Shown one piece after another: positions 34,216 to 44,041 of a stretch of DNA of 47,364 nucleotides. This stretch comes from a virus. Lineage: Duplodnaviria; Caudoviricetes. Position 1 is the first letter of the stretch; each line of letters begins with the position of its first letter. The stretch lies in the IMG/VR virus record IMGVR_UViG_3300010376_000013, positions 1 to 47,364 of that record, one strand, 5' to 3'. The notes beneath the pieces are model-generated. The model saw only the letters and a list, made by a program, of their open reading frames with translations, ran no database searches and had not been told where the DNA came from. The position numbers and the translations under genes are program-made.

Positions 34216-34622
34216 TCCACTTCCTTCGCCGCGGCGACGGTCGTCACATTGACGCGATTGCCCGCCGCAGCGAACGCATCGACCATGCCTCCCGGCCATT
34301 CGTTGACGGAATCGAAGTCGTAGACGGGCTGAAGTGTATCATCGTCCACAAGAGTAGCGGCGACGAACCGGGCGTTGTTTCCGGCGAACAGCCCGCGATC
34401 AAATTCGCCCTTGTTATTGAGCGAGTTGAGTCGGAGCCCATCGAGCTCCTTGTAGTTCAAGCGACGGAAAGTGAATTCGCCGTATTCGACGTACTCCGGA
34501 TTCGGTTTTTCCACCCCGTTGCTCTTGATAGTTTTCTCGCCACTGAACACCAGCTCCCTTTTCGTCGGGGGACCAGCTCTGGCGATAAGATCTGCAATGC
34601 GATTCTGAAGCGTGGATAGCAT
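34179..34622 (-). CDS. Tail assembly chaperone gpG-like
   Basis: Between tail tube and tape measure; ends EVEKN over a slippery site. Confidence 0.75.
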   Translation of the reverse strand: MLSTLQNRIADLIARAGPPTKRELVFSGEKTIKSNGVEKPNPEYVEYGEFTFRRLNYKELDGLRLNSLNNKGEFDRGLFAGNNARFVAATLVDDDTLQPVYDFDSVNEWPGGMVDAFAAAGNRVNVTTVAAAKEVEKNSDATPAASS

Positions 34623-34723
34623 AACCCAAAACCTCCTTTAGCTGACCGAGAAGCGGCTCCTAAGGTAGGGTCAGCCCTATAGGTGGAACGCACCGCTTCT
34701 CGGCAGCATCCGTTAGATGGACC

Positions 34724-35263
34724 CTAGAAGTAGACACCCTTGTTCTGGTTGTACACGCACATCTGGATCGCGCCCGATGCCTGCGCGCTGAACTTCGCCA
34801 TGATGACGTTGCTCACCGCTGCGCTGAAGCTGAACTCGTTGACGAAACCGGTCCAGAGGAAGCCAGACCTGGCCCACTTCTGGTTCGGCGACACGCCGCT
34901 GACAGGCGGCTGAAGATTACCACCGACCACGGTCGGGGGACCGCCGGTGCCGTCCGCCGCGCCATAGAAGAACTGCGTGGTGGCATTCTGGCCGAGCTTG
35001 AGCAACTTGTTCAGCAACTGATGCGCCGTCGAGTTGAAGTCCAGAATGACATTGCCGTTCGGCTTGCCAGGGTCGATCAAACCGCCCGCGTACTCATCGA
35101 ATCCCGGCGAATCGAAGTTGGACAGCTTGATGCTGGCCTTCTGTCCACCGAGACCCTGGAATCCCTGCAACGCCGCGACCACTACGGCGACCGCAACCGT
35201 GACTGTCGTGTTCATCACGTAAAGTTGAGTACCCTGCGTGACGAAGTAATTGGTACCTGCCAT
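34724..35263 (-). CDS. Major tail tube protein
   Basis: TQGTQLY...GGQKASI...GLIDPG...FVNEFS tail-tube pattern and gene position. Confidence 0.8.
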   Translation of the reverse strand: MAGTNYFVTQGTQLYVMNTTVTVAVAVVVAALQGFQGLGGQKASIKLSNFDSPGFDEYAGGLIDPGKPNGNVILDFNSTAHQLLNKLLKLGQNATTQFFYGAADGTGGPPTVVGGNLQPPVSGVSPNQKWARSGFLWTGFVNEFSFSAAVSNVIMAKFSAQASGAIQMCVYNQNKGVYF

Positions 35264-35281
35264 GACACAACCTCCAAAGCG

Positions 35282-35953
35282 TTAGGTAGACGCAGGGTCA
35301 CTCACGGCATCCTGCCGCGCAGACCGGCGCGCCTTTGCCGGTTTGCTTTGATACTTCGCCAACGCCTCCGATAGCGTAGCTTTCCGAAAACAGCGTAGAG
35401 CTGTCACTTCGGTGCAATTCGTGACCCTGACTCCTTGCGCCGCTATGCGTGCCGCAAGCGGACCCATTTCTTCGATCATCACCGGCCAGTCGCTCGGCGG
35501 AGCATTGAACCCCGTCGGATGACCACCGAAGTAATGACCGTCGCCTGCCGCTCCATACTCGAAGCCGAGAAGGATTATGTCCGTATAGCCCTCGTTGACC
35601 AGGAAGCACAAGATATGATGACCACTGCTGGTGCCTGTTACCTTTCCTTTTGCGGGGAGACCGATCTTCACATAGTCGGGGACATGCTCGACCCATTCCA
35701 GGCCATCCGTGCCGTACACGCCCGCCGTCGATGCTTCTGCCGTGATCCTGCGACCCTTGAAACCGAGCTTGTTCATTTCGTCCCAGTGATGCTCCCACCA
35801 GCGACCGTCGCCAGAGTAGCAATACTCGGCATCCAGCGCGTACTCGTAGACGTTCGAAATGACCGCGATGGGTATGCCAGCCTCGCGCACGGCGTCTACA
35901 TGTTCTTTCAGCAGCGTGCGCCCCGGTGCGATGACAGCGATGACCTTAGACAT
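35282..35953 (-). CDS. MAF/DUF115 (sialyltransferase-like) glycosyltransferase-related protein
   Basis: VIAPGRTL, SSGHHIL...GYTDIILLGFE...GHYFGGH and VTNCT..TAL pattern. Confidence 0.55.
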   Translation of the reverse strand: MSKVIAVIAPGRTLLKEHVDAVREAGIPIAVISNVYEYALDAEYCYSGDGRWWEHHWDEMNKLGFKGRRITAEASTAGVYGTDGLEWVEHVPDYVKIGLPAKGKVTGTSSGHHILCFLVNEGYTDIILLGFEYGAAGDGHYFGGHPTGFNAPPSDWPVMIEEMGPLAARIAAQGVRVTNCTEVTALRCFRKATLSEALAKYQSKPAKARRSARQDAVSDPAST

Positions 35954-36626
35954 AGTATTTCTCGTCCTCTCCGACCCATTTACGGAGCACCTTGCCGCCT
36001 TCGTCGGTAAGACCAAAATCTGGATGGTGCCCCACGCCGATGCCGGGACGGCCCGGCAGACCCTTGATTCCAACCACGTCGTCGCCCTTGAATAGCAGAC
36101 TGCCATTGTAAACCTGCCACAAGGGAATGTCGATGAATTGTTCGCCACTCGTCCGGCACAGAGTCTCAAAGCACATTGTCGCTCCATCGCGCATGGCGGT
36201 GGAGCACAGACTGGCGTGCGCGCCATTGCTGAACTCGTACCAGTGATGAGTATTCACGTTGTAGTATTTCGCCGGTGCCTCGCCGACCAGCTTGGCAGAT
36301 TTCAACTTTTCCGCGACCACAGACAGCCAGCGGGGCGAATACCAGTCGTCGTCCTCGATGATTGCCAGCGGCTCGGCCATGTCAACCTGGAGCAAGCCGA
36401 TCGACAGATTGCGAATCTGCGTATTCTGCCCCGGCTCCCACAGCGGATTGGGGCGAATCCACACGACTTTCCAATCATCGTGCAGTTCCTCGATGCTGCT
36501 CTGGATCAGACCATCGTCTACAATGATCCAGGTCACTGGACCCTTGTAGTCCTGCCGCGCCATCCAGCGTTGGCAATGCCTGAACGCCGTCGGGCGCATG
36601 CCCGTGACTGTGAGTACTTGCATCAT
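35946..36626 (-). CDS. GT2-like glycosyltransferase
   Basis: Motifs QDY....WIIVDDG and IIEDDDWYSP. Confidence 0.8.
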   Translation of the reverse strand: MMQVLTVTGMRPTAFRHCQRWMARQDYKGPVTWIIVDDGLIQSSIEELHDDWKVVWIRPNPLWEPGQNTQIRNLSIGLLQVDMAEPLAIIEDDDWYSPRWLSVVAEKLKSAKLVGEAPAKYYNVNTHHWYEFSNGAHASLCSTAMRDGATMCFETLCRTSGEQFIDIPLWQVYNGSLLFKGDDVVGIKGLPGRPGIGVGHHPDFGLTDEGGKVLRKWVGEDEKYYV

Positions 36627-37063
36627 GCCAACACCTGTAGATGTATGCGCGCGACCGACTTGGTATCCAGCAGACCCTCGAAGTACTCCACTGGCCCGTT
36701 GAGCGACACGTCCACCGTTATGCCATTGACCTGAATGCGTATCGACGTCCCCTCGCGGGGGAACACCGAGAGCAGCGCATCCACGAGAGCGTTGAGCCCC
36801 GGCGTCGTGGGCGTCGTCATGTCTGGTGTATAGTTGTATACGTACCAGTCCATCGTGTAAGCGAAGATGTCGAGACCGGCCAGCGTGTTCTCCTTGCTGA
36901 ACGCCGTCAACTGGTGCTGGTATACACCGGGCATCTGCGACGGATCGACTTCCTCGACCAGCACCAGACGCCTGCTCACGGTCTTGAAAAGACCTGGATT
37001 CGCGTTCGCCAGTTGCGTGAGCATGGCGAACGTCGCCGCGTACACTTGCTCTGTCGATTGCAT
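36623..37063 (-). CDS. Tail terminator/completion protein
   Basis: Size and synteny. Confidence 0.55.
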   Translation of the reverse strand: MQSTEQVYAATFAMLTQLANANPGLFKTVSRRLVLVEEVDPSQMPGVYQHQLTAFSKENTLAGLDIFAYTMDWYVYNYTPDMTTPTTPGLNALVDALLSVFPREGTSIRIQVNGITVDVSLNGPVEYFEGLLDTKSVARIHLQVLA

Positions 37064-37512
37064 TAGAAGTTCCTCAGCATGGCATCGTCAAGCCGCATCA
37101 GTATCTCGTCGTAGTTTTCCTGTATCGCCTTGCGGATATAGGAACGTTCGGGCAAGATTACCTGATACGCCTTGCGATGCTTCGTGAAAACCAGATCGCC
37201 TGTTCTTGGGTTGATGAATTTCATTATTCTGCCGAAGTATTCCGGTATGCTGATCAGCGCACCATACTCCTGCGCCGCGCCATATGGAACGCCCTCGGTG
37301 CCAAGCGTCAATCGAATCAGCCGCGCCGATTCCGTGACATGCGAAACAATGTGCTCCTCCAGGTACGGTCTGCGCTTCTTGAACGTCGTCTGCGCGATAT
37401 TCCTCGCCGCGCCGACCAGCATGTCGCCGGCCAAGCTCATTTCTCGAGACACAAGTTCCGTGCTGACGCTGCTGCGTTTCCAGAACTTCAGTGCTAGCTC
37501 TTCAAAGTCCAT
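37063..37512 (-). CDS. Tail completion protein (HK97 gp10-like)
   Basis: VPYGAAQEYG...PERSYIRKA motif. Confidence 0.65.
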   Translation of the reverse strand: MDFEELALKFWKRSSVSTELVSREMSLAGDMLVGAARNIAQTTFKKRRPYLEEHIVSHVTESARLIRLTLGTEGVPYGAAQEYGALISIPEYFGRIMKFINPRTGDLVFTKHRKAYQVILPERSYIRKAIQENYDEILMRLDDAMLRNF

Positions 37513-38108
37513 TACGCTGGCAGCAACGGCAGCAGATTGGTGTAGTAGTCAAGCACGCACTTGGTCTTGTCCGGCATGCCGAGTTGCGCTCCGCCGCCCG
37601 TGCCGCTGACTCCTCCAGTCGTGAGCGTTTCGCCCGCAATGGTGCGCGACAGCGCGCCGACCGTGTTCTTCGTCTTGAAGTTGTACTGACACATGAGCAT
37701 GATTGCTTCCTGCAGGTCGTACGGAATCGTCGTGAATCCCGCGGTGTACGTGATCGCGACGTTCTGGTAATCCATGCGGAAACAGTAGCATCCGCGCAGA
37801 ATGACACGCTGACTGTCGAACGTATAACCCGCCCCGTTGACCTGAGATGCCAGCGGGACGCTGTCATCGTCGATGACAACCGAATCGACCGACGACGCCG
37901 GATAGTTCCGCAGCATCAGCGTTCGCCCACCGGGGCCATCGTAGATTTCATTGGTGTAGCTGGTCTCGTGGAACGTGCGCGAACAATACGTCTCGGCGAA
38001 TGTCGAGGCTGCCGTGATCATATCCTGCAGCACGGCGTCCGAGTTCGTGTCGGTAATGCCCATGTACTCCTTGAGCTGTGCAAGCGTGATAAGATCAACG
38101 GCAGCCAT
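37512..38108 (-). CDS. Head-tail adaptor/connector
   Basis: LITLAQLKEYMGI....D..LQDMI.AAS..AETYC; ITYTAGF...P.DL. Confidence 0.8.
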   Translation of the reverse strand: MAAVDLITLAQLKEYMGITDTNSDAVLQDMITAASTFAETYCSRTFHETSYTNEIYDGPGGRTLMLRNYPASSVDSVVIDDDSVPLASQVNGAGYTFDSQRVILRGCYCFRMDYQNVAITYTAGFTTIPYDLQEAIMLMCQYNFKTKNTVGALSRTIAGETLTTGGVSGTGGGAQLGMPDKTKCVLDYYTNLLPLLPA

Positions 38109-38117
38109 GACACCCTC

Positions 38118-38369
38118 CTACCTTCTCTTGGCCGGACGCAGGTGCGGCGGAAGGCGCGAACCGCCTTCTTCCTTGCCATCGTCTTCCTCTTCGTCTCCTT
38201 CCTCGCCCTTCTTGCTTTCCTTGTCCTGTCGGACCATCACCGTGAAACCCAGAGTCTGGAAGGTCTCAACCTCGTCTTCGGGAACTTCGACGACTCCGTC
38301 GAGTACTTCATAGACCTTGGACTTGTTGTGGACATGCGTCTGTCCAGCGTGTGCCTTCATCTTTACCAT
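38118..38369 (-). CDS. Small acidic hypothetical virion-associated protein
   Basis: AGGAG RBS; follows the capsid gene. Confidence 0.6.
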   Translation of the reverse strand: MVKMKAHAGQTHVHNKSKVYEVLDGVVEVPEDEVETFQTLGFTVMVRQDKESKKGEEGDEEEDDGKEEGGSRLPPHLRPAKRR

Positions 38370-38387
38370 GACTATCTCCTGTTGGGT

Positions 38388-38432
38388 AGAAAAGAGAGCG
38401 GCATGACCCGAGGAACTACTAAATCATGCCGC
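38388..38432 (-). terminator. Probable terminator after major capsid gene
   Basis: GCGGCATGA/TCATGCCGC inverted repeat followed by TCTCTTTTCT on the minus strand. Confidence 0.5.
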
Positions 38433-38458
38433 CCAAGTCGCCTTCACCCGCAACAACA

Positions 38459-39973
38459 TCAACCCTTGCCGACGTTGCGAATCACCGCAAACGCAGGCGG
38501 GAAATAGTTCTGCAGGACTTCGTCGGAATAGACGCCGTACTCGTACTTGCGCGTACGGAGCGGCCATTCCAGCTGGTAGTAGTCGCGCCGCGTCTTGACC
38601 TGGATGACGTTGGCGACGTTGTTGAGCTTGTACGGCAAGCTCTTGCTCGTGAACAGAATCGTACCGGCAGGCATGAACGGGTGGATACGAATCGGGATTT
38701 CCTTGCCCTGTCCGTACTCCGCTCCCTGCCCGACGACGCCGAACTTGTTGAGGTAAGACAGGGCCAGCGTGCCGCCCATGATCTTGTTCTGCGACACGTT
38801 GAACACGAACCGCTGCGCAGCGTTCGACGCATTGGTACCCAGAATCTTGCCCTGGATGTACTGCTGCTCCTGGCTGGCGACCCAGATCGTGTCCGGCGAC
38901 AGACGGAAGTTGTCCCATCGGTCCTTCAGCACTTGATCGAATTCGACGATGCCGCCGAAGTTGTCCGACGTCAACGGCGTGCCGGTTCCGGCCGTTCCCG
39001 AAGGCTGCGTGAGGATCAGCGCACCCGATCCAGGCGCGTAGCACTGCGTGAGGATTCCGTCGAACGCCAGCGTATTCCGGCTGTTGTCGCTGGAGGGGAG
39101 GCTTGTCGCCGTCTGCGTGCCGGTGGCGTTGGCCGTGATCAGGATGCTGTTGAGCGACGTGATCGCACCGAGAACCTCGGCACCCGCCGCTCCCCAGAAC
39201 CACGCATAGCCCGCCGCGCCCGAGACCGGAGCGACCGTTGCCGAGATCGAACCGGCAGAACCGGATGCAACCGTCGCCGACACCGCCGCGCTCTTCTGCG
39301 CCGAGCCGCCGCCGTAGTTGTCCGTACTACCATCGGCATTGGTGCGCGACACCGCCGCACGAATGCCGCCAGCCACCGAGCCGCTGTTCACGCCGTTCAT
39401 CGTCAGGGCGACGCAGATCACGCTGTAGGTCGCCGCCGCCAGCGAGCCGCCGGTGATTGCGCCAGCCGCCGCAGGGGTGGGAGTGGTGCCGAGCGCGAGA
39501 CTGTTGTCGCCGCCGAGCAGGAGGATTTCTTCCTGAATCATGAGAGCGTTGAGCAGTCCCATGACCGCCAGCGCCTTCACGTCGTCGAACGTGTTGCCGG
39601 CGTACTCAGCCTCGAACGTCACGTTGTCTTCCAGGCCGATTCCCTTGTAGGCGGCGGTGTAGTCGGCGGTCGTGTGCGCGATGACGCCGCCACGGTTGCC
39701 CTCCGAGACGCCGGCTTCCATGTTGTTCGTGTTGATGCCCGTGACCGCGCGCCAGTTGACCGCCGTGCCCACGCCTCCACCCACTCGCGGAATTTCGTTG
39801 CGCAGCGGGGTGAGTACGGGAAACAGATGTTTCGCCGGTGCTTCGAGATCGTAGGCCGTGATGCCGCTGGTCGGCGATCCGGCTTGGACCCATGCCTTGA
39901 CGAGTTCGTCGGGCAGCGGCATCTTCAGAGCCTCGCCCAACGCTTTCAGTACTTGGTCGATATTGGGATTCAT
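38459..39973 (-). CDS. Major capsid protein
   Basis: Follows protease/scaffold; YDLEAPAK.L.PVLTPLRN.IPRV start and YEYGVYSDEVL end. Confidence 0.85.
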   Translation of the reverse strand: MNPNIDQVLKALGEALKMPLPDELVKAWVQAGSPTSGITAYDLEAPAKHLFPVLTPLRNEIPRVGGGVGTAVNWRAVTGINTNNMEAGVSEGNRGGVIAHTTADYTAAYKGIGLEDNVTFEAEYAGNTFDDVKALAVMGLLNALMIQEEILLLGGDNSLALGTTPTPAAAGAITGGSLAAATYSVICVALTMNGVNSGSVAGGIRAAVSRTNADGSTDNYGGGSAQKSAAVSATVASGSAGSISATVAPVSGAAGYAWFWGAAGAEVLGAITSLNSILITANATGTQTATSLPSSDNSRNTLAFDGILTQCYAPGSGALILTQPSGTAGTGTPLTSDNFGGIVEFDQVLKDRWDNFRLSPDTIWVASQEQQYIQGKILGTNASNAAQRFVFNVSQNKIMGGTLALSYLNKFGVVGQGAEYGQGKEIPIRIHPFMPAGTILFTSKSLPYKLNNVANVIQVKTRRDYYQLEWPLRTRKYEYGVYSDEVLQNYFPPAFAVIRNVGKG

Positions 39974-40003
39974 CGATTTACTCCGGTAGTTGGGAAATGC
40001 CCG

Positions 40004-41539
40004 TTAGTTCCGCTGGAACGGCTGTCCGCCGCGTGCATGGAGCGCCTTGACCAGAGTCGCTCCCTTGTCTTCCTGACCGTTGACCATGACCGGCTTGGGC
40101 GCATCCGGCTCGGTGATGGCGACTTCCGTGCCTTTCGCCACCGCGACGATCGGACCACCCGGCGCTGGCTGTTTCTCCAGCTTCTCGAGACGTTCGTTGA
40201 ACTTCTTGAGCGGCTCCTCGAGAGCCTTCGCCAGCACGCCGCCGTCCAGGACTTTCGCCAGCACCTTCGAGAAATCCTCGCTCTCGATTGCCTTGGTGAA
40301 TGCATCCTGTACGCTCTTTTGCAGTTCTTCAGGTTTCATGGAAGCCTCCAATGTTGAGTCAGAGTTCGATTCTGCACCGAACAGTTCTTCGAGCTCCTCG
40401 TCAACCATGTGAGAGAGGATCTCGCCCAAAGCCTTCGCCGCATCCATCAGTTCGTCGGGCAGCACCGATCCATCGCCCTCGTAATCCGCTTCCATGCGGG
40501 CGTCCTGATAGATGCAGAAAACGTTCGCGACACAATCAGCTAGACGTCCAATTGTCCAGAGACCCTTTTCCAGCTTGTCGCCAGCCAGTGCCGCCAGCGA
40601 TGCGAGAACCGGCTTGGCTTTTTCAATGCCAAGCAGATGCTCCGCGTATGCTTCCACGGCGACCTTGTACAAATCCTCGCCGTCGAGAGACTTCTTTGCC
40701 GATGGAGGACCGCCCGCGTCGATCTTGCTCTTCCAGGCCGATACGATCTTCGACTTGATCGAGCGCGCGTCCGCGCCGCTGTACTTCGCGGCGTTCTTCG
40801 GCATGTTGATGTAGTTCCAGGCGGCACGGATGTGCGCCGGAGTGTCGATGGGATACTTCTTGTTGGTGGCGTCGGCGTACTTCACGTCTCCGTACTTCGA
40901 CTCTCCTTCCTTGGGGTCGGCATCGGATCGCGCCGCAATCTTGAGCAGTTCGCCGTCGAGGAACTTCAGGAAATCGTTGTCCTCGGTGCCCTCGACCACC
41001 TTGATGAGAATCGTGCGCAGCAACTCGACGTCCGGTCCTTCGAGGAACTTGCGCAGCTCTTCCTCGCCGTTCGCCTTGATTACCGTGAAGCCGGTGTTCG
41101 GATTGCAGGGAAGATCGACGATGCTCGCCTCCACGGGCTTCGCCGTGTAGCGCGTCTTGCCTAGGTCCTTGTCCTCCCACTTCTTGCCGTATGACCCGCC
41201 GACGCTGAACCCGGTGTAGCATCCTTGCAGCACCTTGTTCCACTCGTTGTCGTCAACGATGTCACCGACAATCCGCACCTGCTTCTCGCTGTCGTCAAGC
41301 GTGAGCTCGGAAAGCTTCCCCGCCACGACGCGTCCGTGCTGCGCCCGCAGGTTCCCGACACTCTTGCCCGCCGTCGCCTTGGCGACCTCCCCCGACCATT
41401 TCTGGAAATGCGGCTTCGATGATTCATAATCGAAGACCTCGCCGGCGGCATCCGGCGTCTCGTCGGCGAGTATCCCTATCACCTGTCTTTTCGCCTCGTC
41501 TACCTTGACGAGTCGCGCGAATGTCTGGAACTGGCTCAT
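40004..41539 (-). CDS. Prohead protease + DUF6582-like domain + scaffold
   Basis: LRAQH...GFSVGG...EASIVDLPCNP protease motifs; KYPIDTPAHIRAAWNYI. Confidence 0.8.
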   Translation of the reverse strand: MSQFQTFARLVKVDEAKRQVIGILADETPDAAGEVFDYESSKPHFQKWSGEVAKATAGKSVGNLRAQHGRVVAGKLSELTLDDSEKQVRIVGDIVDDNEWNKVLQGCYTGFSVGGSYGKKWEDKDLGKTRYTAKPVEASIVDLPCNPNTGFTVIKANGEEELRKFLEGPDVELLRTILIKVVEGTEDNDFLKFLDGELLKIAARSDADPKEGESKYGDVKYADATNKKYPIDTPAHIRAAWNYINMPKNAAKYSGADARSIKSKIVSAWKSKIDAGGPPSAKKSLDGEDLYKVAVEAYAEHLLGIEKAKPVLASLAALAGDKLEKGLWTIGRLADCVANVFCIYQDARMEADYEGDGSVLPDELMDAAKALGEILSHMVDEELEELFGAESNSDSTLEASMKPEELQKSVQDAFTKAIESEDFSKVLAKVLDGGVLAKALEEPLKKFNERLEKLEKQPAPGGPIVAVAKGTEVAITEPDAPKPVMVNGQEDKGATLVKALHARGGQPFQRN

Positions 41540-41805
41540 GTCTTGACCTCCACGAAGCCCTGGATGGGGTTGATGGTAATGCTGAGATAGTTCACGGCCC
41601 TCTTGCCGTCCTCCGAAACTTCGAGCTGATGCCCCGCAGCCGAGATTTGCGCCACAGAACCGTCGGGGTACTGCTCCAGCGCCGCGATCATCGCCGCGCG
41701 CACCTTGTCTACGACGTCTTTCTCAAGATCGTCGCACTTGACTTCGTCGGTCTTGAGCTTCTCGGCGATGGCCGCGGTCTTGCCCATGTACGTGATCTGC
41801 CACAT
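41536..41805 (-). CDS. Hypothetical protein
   Basis: GAGG RBS; ATGA-coupled. Confidence 0.65.
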   Translation of the reverse strand: MWQITYMGKTAAIAEKLKTDEVKCDDLEKDVVDKVRAAMIAALEQYPDGSVAQISAAGHQLEVSEDGKRAVNYLSITINPIQGFVEVKT

Positions 41806-41809
41806 GACC

Positions 41810-44041
41810 CTATTCCTCGCTCATGATTGGTGAAATGGCGCAACGGCAGTTCGGATGCGCCGGTGGCCCATCGTCGCCGCTCGGAAAATTCCCGCCCAGA
41901 TCGACCGGCCCGGCAGACTCGTTCGCCTCGCATACGGCGCAGACTCCCTCCAGTGGACTGGTGATCCACTCGATCGACTTGACCACTCCGCTATCCCGCC
42001 ATGCCGACAGCTCCGCCTGTGTCAGCGCGTCATTCAATTCCGTCGATGCTATCACGCTCGCGCGCACGGGGCTGAACGCGAAATTGTCGGCGAGAGCTTT
42101 TGCCAGTTCTTCCTTGGTCCAGCCCTCGTCGAACGCGCGCACGACCAGATTTCGGATCAAGACCCGCGTGGTCTCGTCCACCTGCGTCACCAGTTCAGCC
42201 GCGCGCGTGGCAGCATACGCCGAAGCATCGCCGCCCGCAACATCCACGGCCTTGTTCAGCGCCTGCATTGCCGACTTGTATCCGACTTCCAGCCGATTCT
42301 GTATCGCCTTCCGCACCGGTTCCTCGATGGCCTTGAGCGACAGATCGACCTTGATGAGCACGATCTCGACGTCCTGCTCCTGGTCGAGTCCGACGAGCGC
42401 CTTGAATACGGCCTGCTCCGCCGTGCGCAGATGCGCCGCGATCTCGCGCGACAGCTCGATCTCGTCCTTTCCGATCGGCCGTCCGCGCATCTTCCGCATC
42501 TTGGCGACGCGCATCGACTTCGGGCTGCGCGGTCCGAGCTTGTCGTTCGTCTGCGTGGCCGGAGTCTTGGTATTCTTGTTGCCTTTGGTCTGCGTGGCGA
42601 GATTGTTCGAGTCGCGCCCTTCCTTGTTCGCCGCTGTCTTCTGGCCGTCGCCCGATGCCGGGCTGCCGCCATTGGTGGCGATGCCCTCGCCCGCGATTGC
42701 CATGTCCAGCGGGATGACCGTCTGCCCGGCGTAGATCAGGTGCTTGTCGCCGTCGGGGATCGGCTCGTCGCCGTCGGCCTGCCGCCACTCGTTCAAAGAC
42801 GACGCTCCGGCCTTGACCTTCAAGTTGAACACCTGCGCGCGCGTGAGCGGGTCGGTCTCCATGTTGCGCTTGAACTGAAACATCAGATCGGACTGAGCGA
42901 AGTATTTCTCGATGATGTAGTTCATCAGGTTCGTCACCCACTGCATCACCGGCTCGAGACCTTCTTCCTTCGCCGCCGTCGCTGCGGTCACGGCCGCGGC
43001 CCGCGTATTCTGCTGGATGAACGGCTGGCTCGACATGCCAAAAGCAAAACAAAGAACTCTAGCGATCCACTCGTCCATCTTGTCGGTCAACACCTTGTCC
43101 TTGGTATTGATGGGGGCGGTGCCGTTGAATACGAACATCGTTCCACGCCGCGCCCGGTTGTTACCCGCCAGAATCGAGTCCCACCATGCCTTGAACTGCG
43201 CAATCTGCGTTGGGTTCCAGGATTCTGGCACCGACAGGATCAAGTCGGCGGTCGAGCCGTCCGTGTAATACGCGAGCGTGGAACTTTCGCGGTTCAACGC
43301 AATCGTGATGGTCAGGATTATCTGCTCGACCGTCGAAAATCCATAGATTTTCCCCGCGCGCACGTTGCGCGGACGGTAGATCAGCTGGTCGTAGGTGTAG
43401 TTGTTCGCCGGCAGTCCATGCAGAATCTGCTGGTAGGCCGGCACGGGAGGACACGGCGTTCGCCCGTGGTCGTCTATCAATCTCTTGATCGTCGTACCGT
43501 CGATGGGGTCGAGCGCATACAAGGTGCCGTCCTTCGCCGGTCGCGGATAAACGGTCGCGGTATCCGTCACCAGCATGTCCTCCATTATCATGCGCAGCCA
43601 GTCCGACCAGCAATGGACCTTGTCGGGGTAGCGCAGGAATTCCTCGATCTTGTCGCCGGCGGGGGTAGACTTCAGCGACTTGTCCTTCGGCACGATGTTC
43701 CAGTCGAGCTGGCATATCTGGTCCTTGCGCATCTCGATGACGAGGCGCAGCAGCGGCCAGGTCTGCGACAGAGTCTGGAGCTTGGCGAACGATATTCCCT
43801 CGCCGTACTTGGGAATGTAGTTGAGGTTGGCCCCGACCATGTAGTCCATCTGGCGACCGGCAACGTCGTCCGGCGCGACGGGGGTGATGGGCTGACGCGG
43901 CCCGAACCAGTCGTCGTTCTTGCCGCTGAGGACATACTTGAAGCCCTGCTGCAATCGCGTCCACCACGACGGCGTGGTGAGATCGGTGATTTCGACGGCC
44001 TGCAATTCACGCGGCGGCTTGATCTCGAGATTTGTCGCCAT
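41810..44041 (-). CDS. Portal protein fused to Mu gpF-like minor head domain
   Basis: YGFSTVEQI portal motif; C-terminal RASVIASTE...C..C...PPAHPNCRC. Confidence 0.85.
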   Translation of the reverse strand: MATNLEIKPPRELQAVEITDLTTPSWWTRLQQGFKYVLSGKNDDWFGPRQPITPVAPDDVAGRQMDYMVGANLNYIPKYGEGISFAKLQTLSQTWPLLRLVIEMRKDQICQLDWNIVPKDKSLKSTPAGDKIEEFLRYPDKVHCWSDWLRMIMEDMLVTDTATVYPRPAKDGTLYALDPIDGTTIKRLIDDHGRTPCPPVPAYQQILHGLPANNYTYDQLIYRPRNVRAGKIYGFSTVEQIILTITIALNRESSTLAYYTDGSTADLILSVPESWNPTQIAQFKAWWDSILAGNNRARRGTMFVFNGTAPINTKDKVLTDKMDEWIARVLCFAFGMSSQPFIQQNTRAAAVTAATAAKEEGLEPVMQWVTNLMNYIIEKYFAQSDLMFQFKRNMETDPLTRAQVFNLKVKAGASSLNEWRQADGDEPIPDGDKHLIYAGQTVIPLDMAIAGEGIATNGGSPASGDGQKTAANKEGRDSNNLATQTKGNKNTKTPATQTNDKLGPRSPKSMRVAKMRKMRGRPIGKDEIELSREIAAHLRTAEQAVFKALVGLDQEQDVEIVLIKVDLSLKAIEEPVRKAIQNRLEVGYKSAMQALNKAVDVAGGDASAYAATRAAELVTQVDETTRVLIRNLVVRAFDEGWTKEELAKALADNFAFSPVRASVIASTELNDALTQAELSAWRDSGVVKSIEWITSPLEGVCAVCEANESAGPVDLGGNFPSGDDGPPAHPNCRCAISPIMSEE

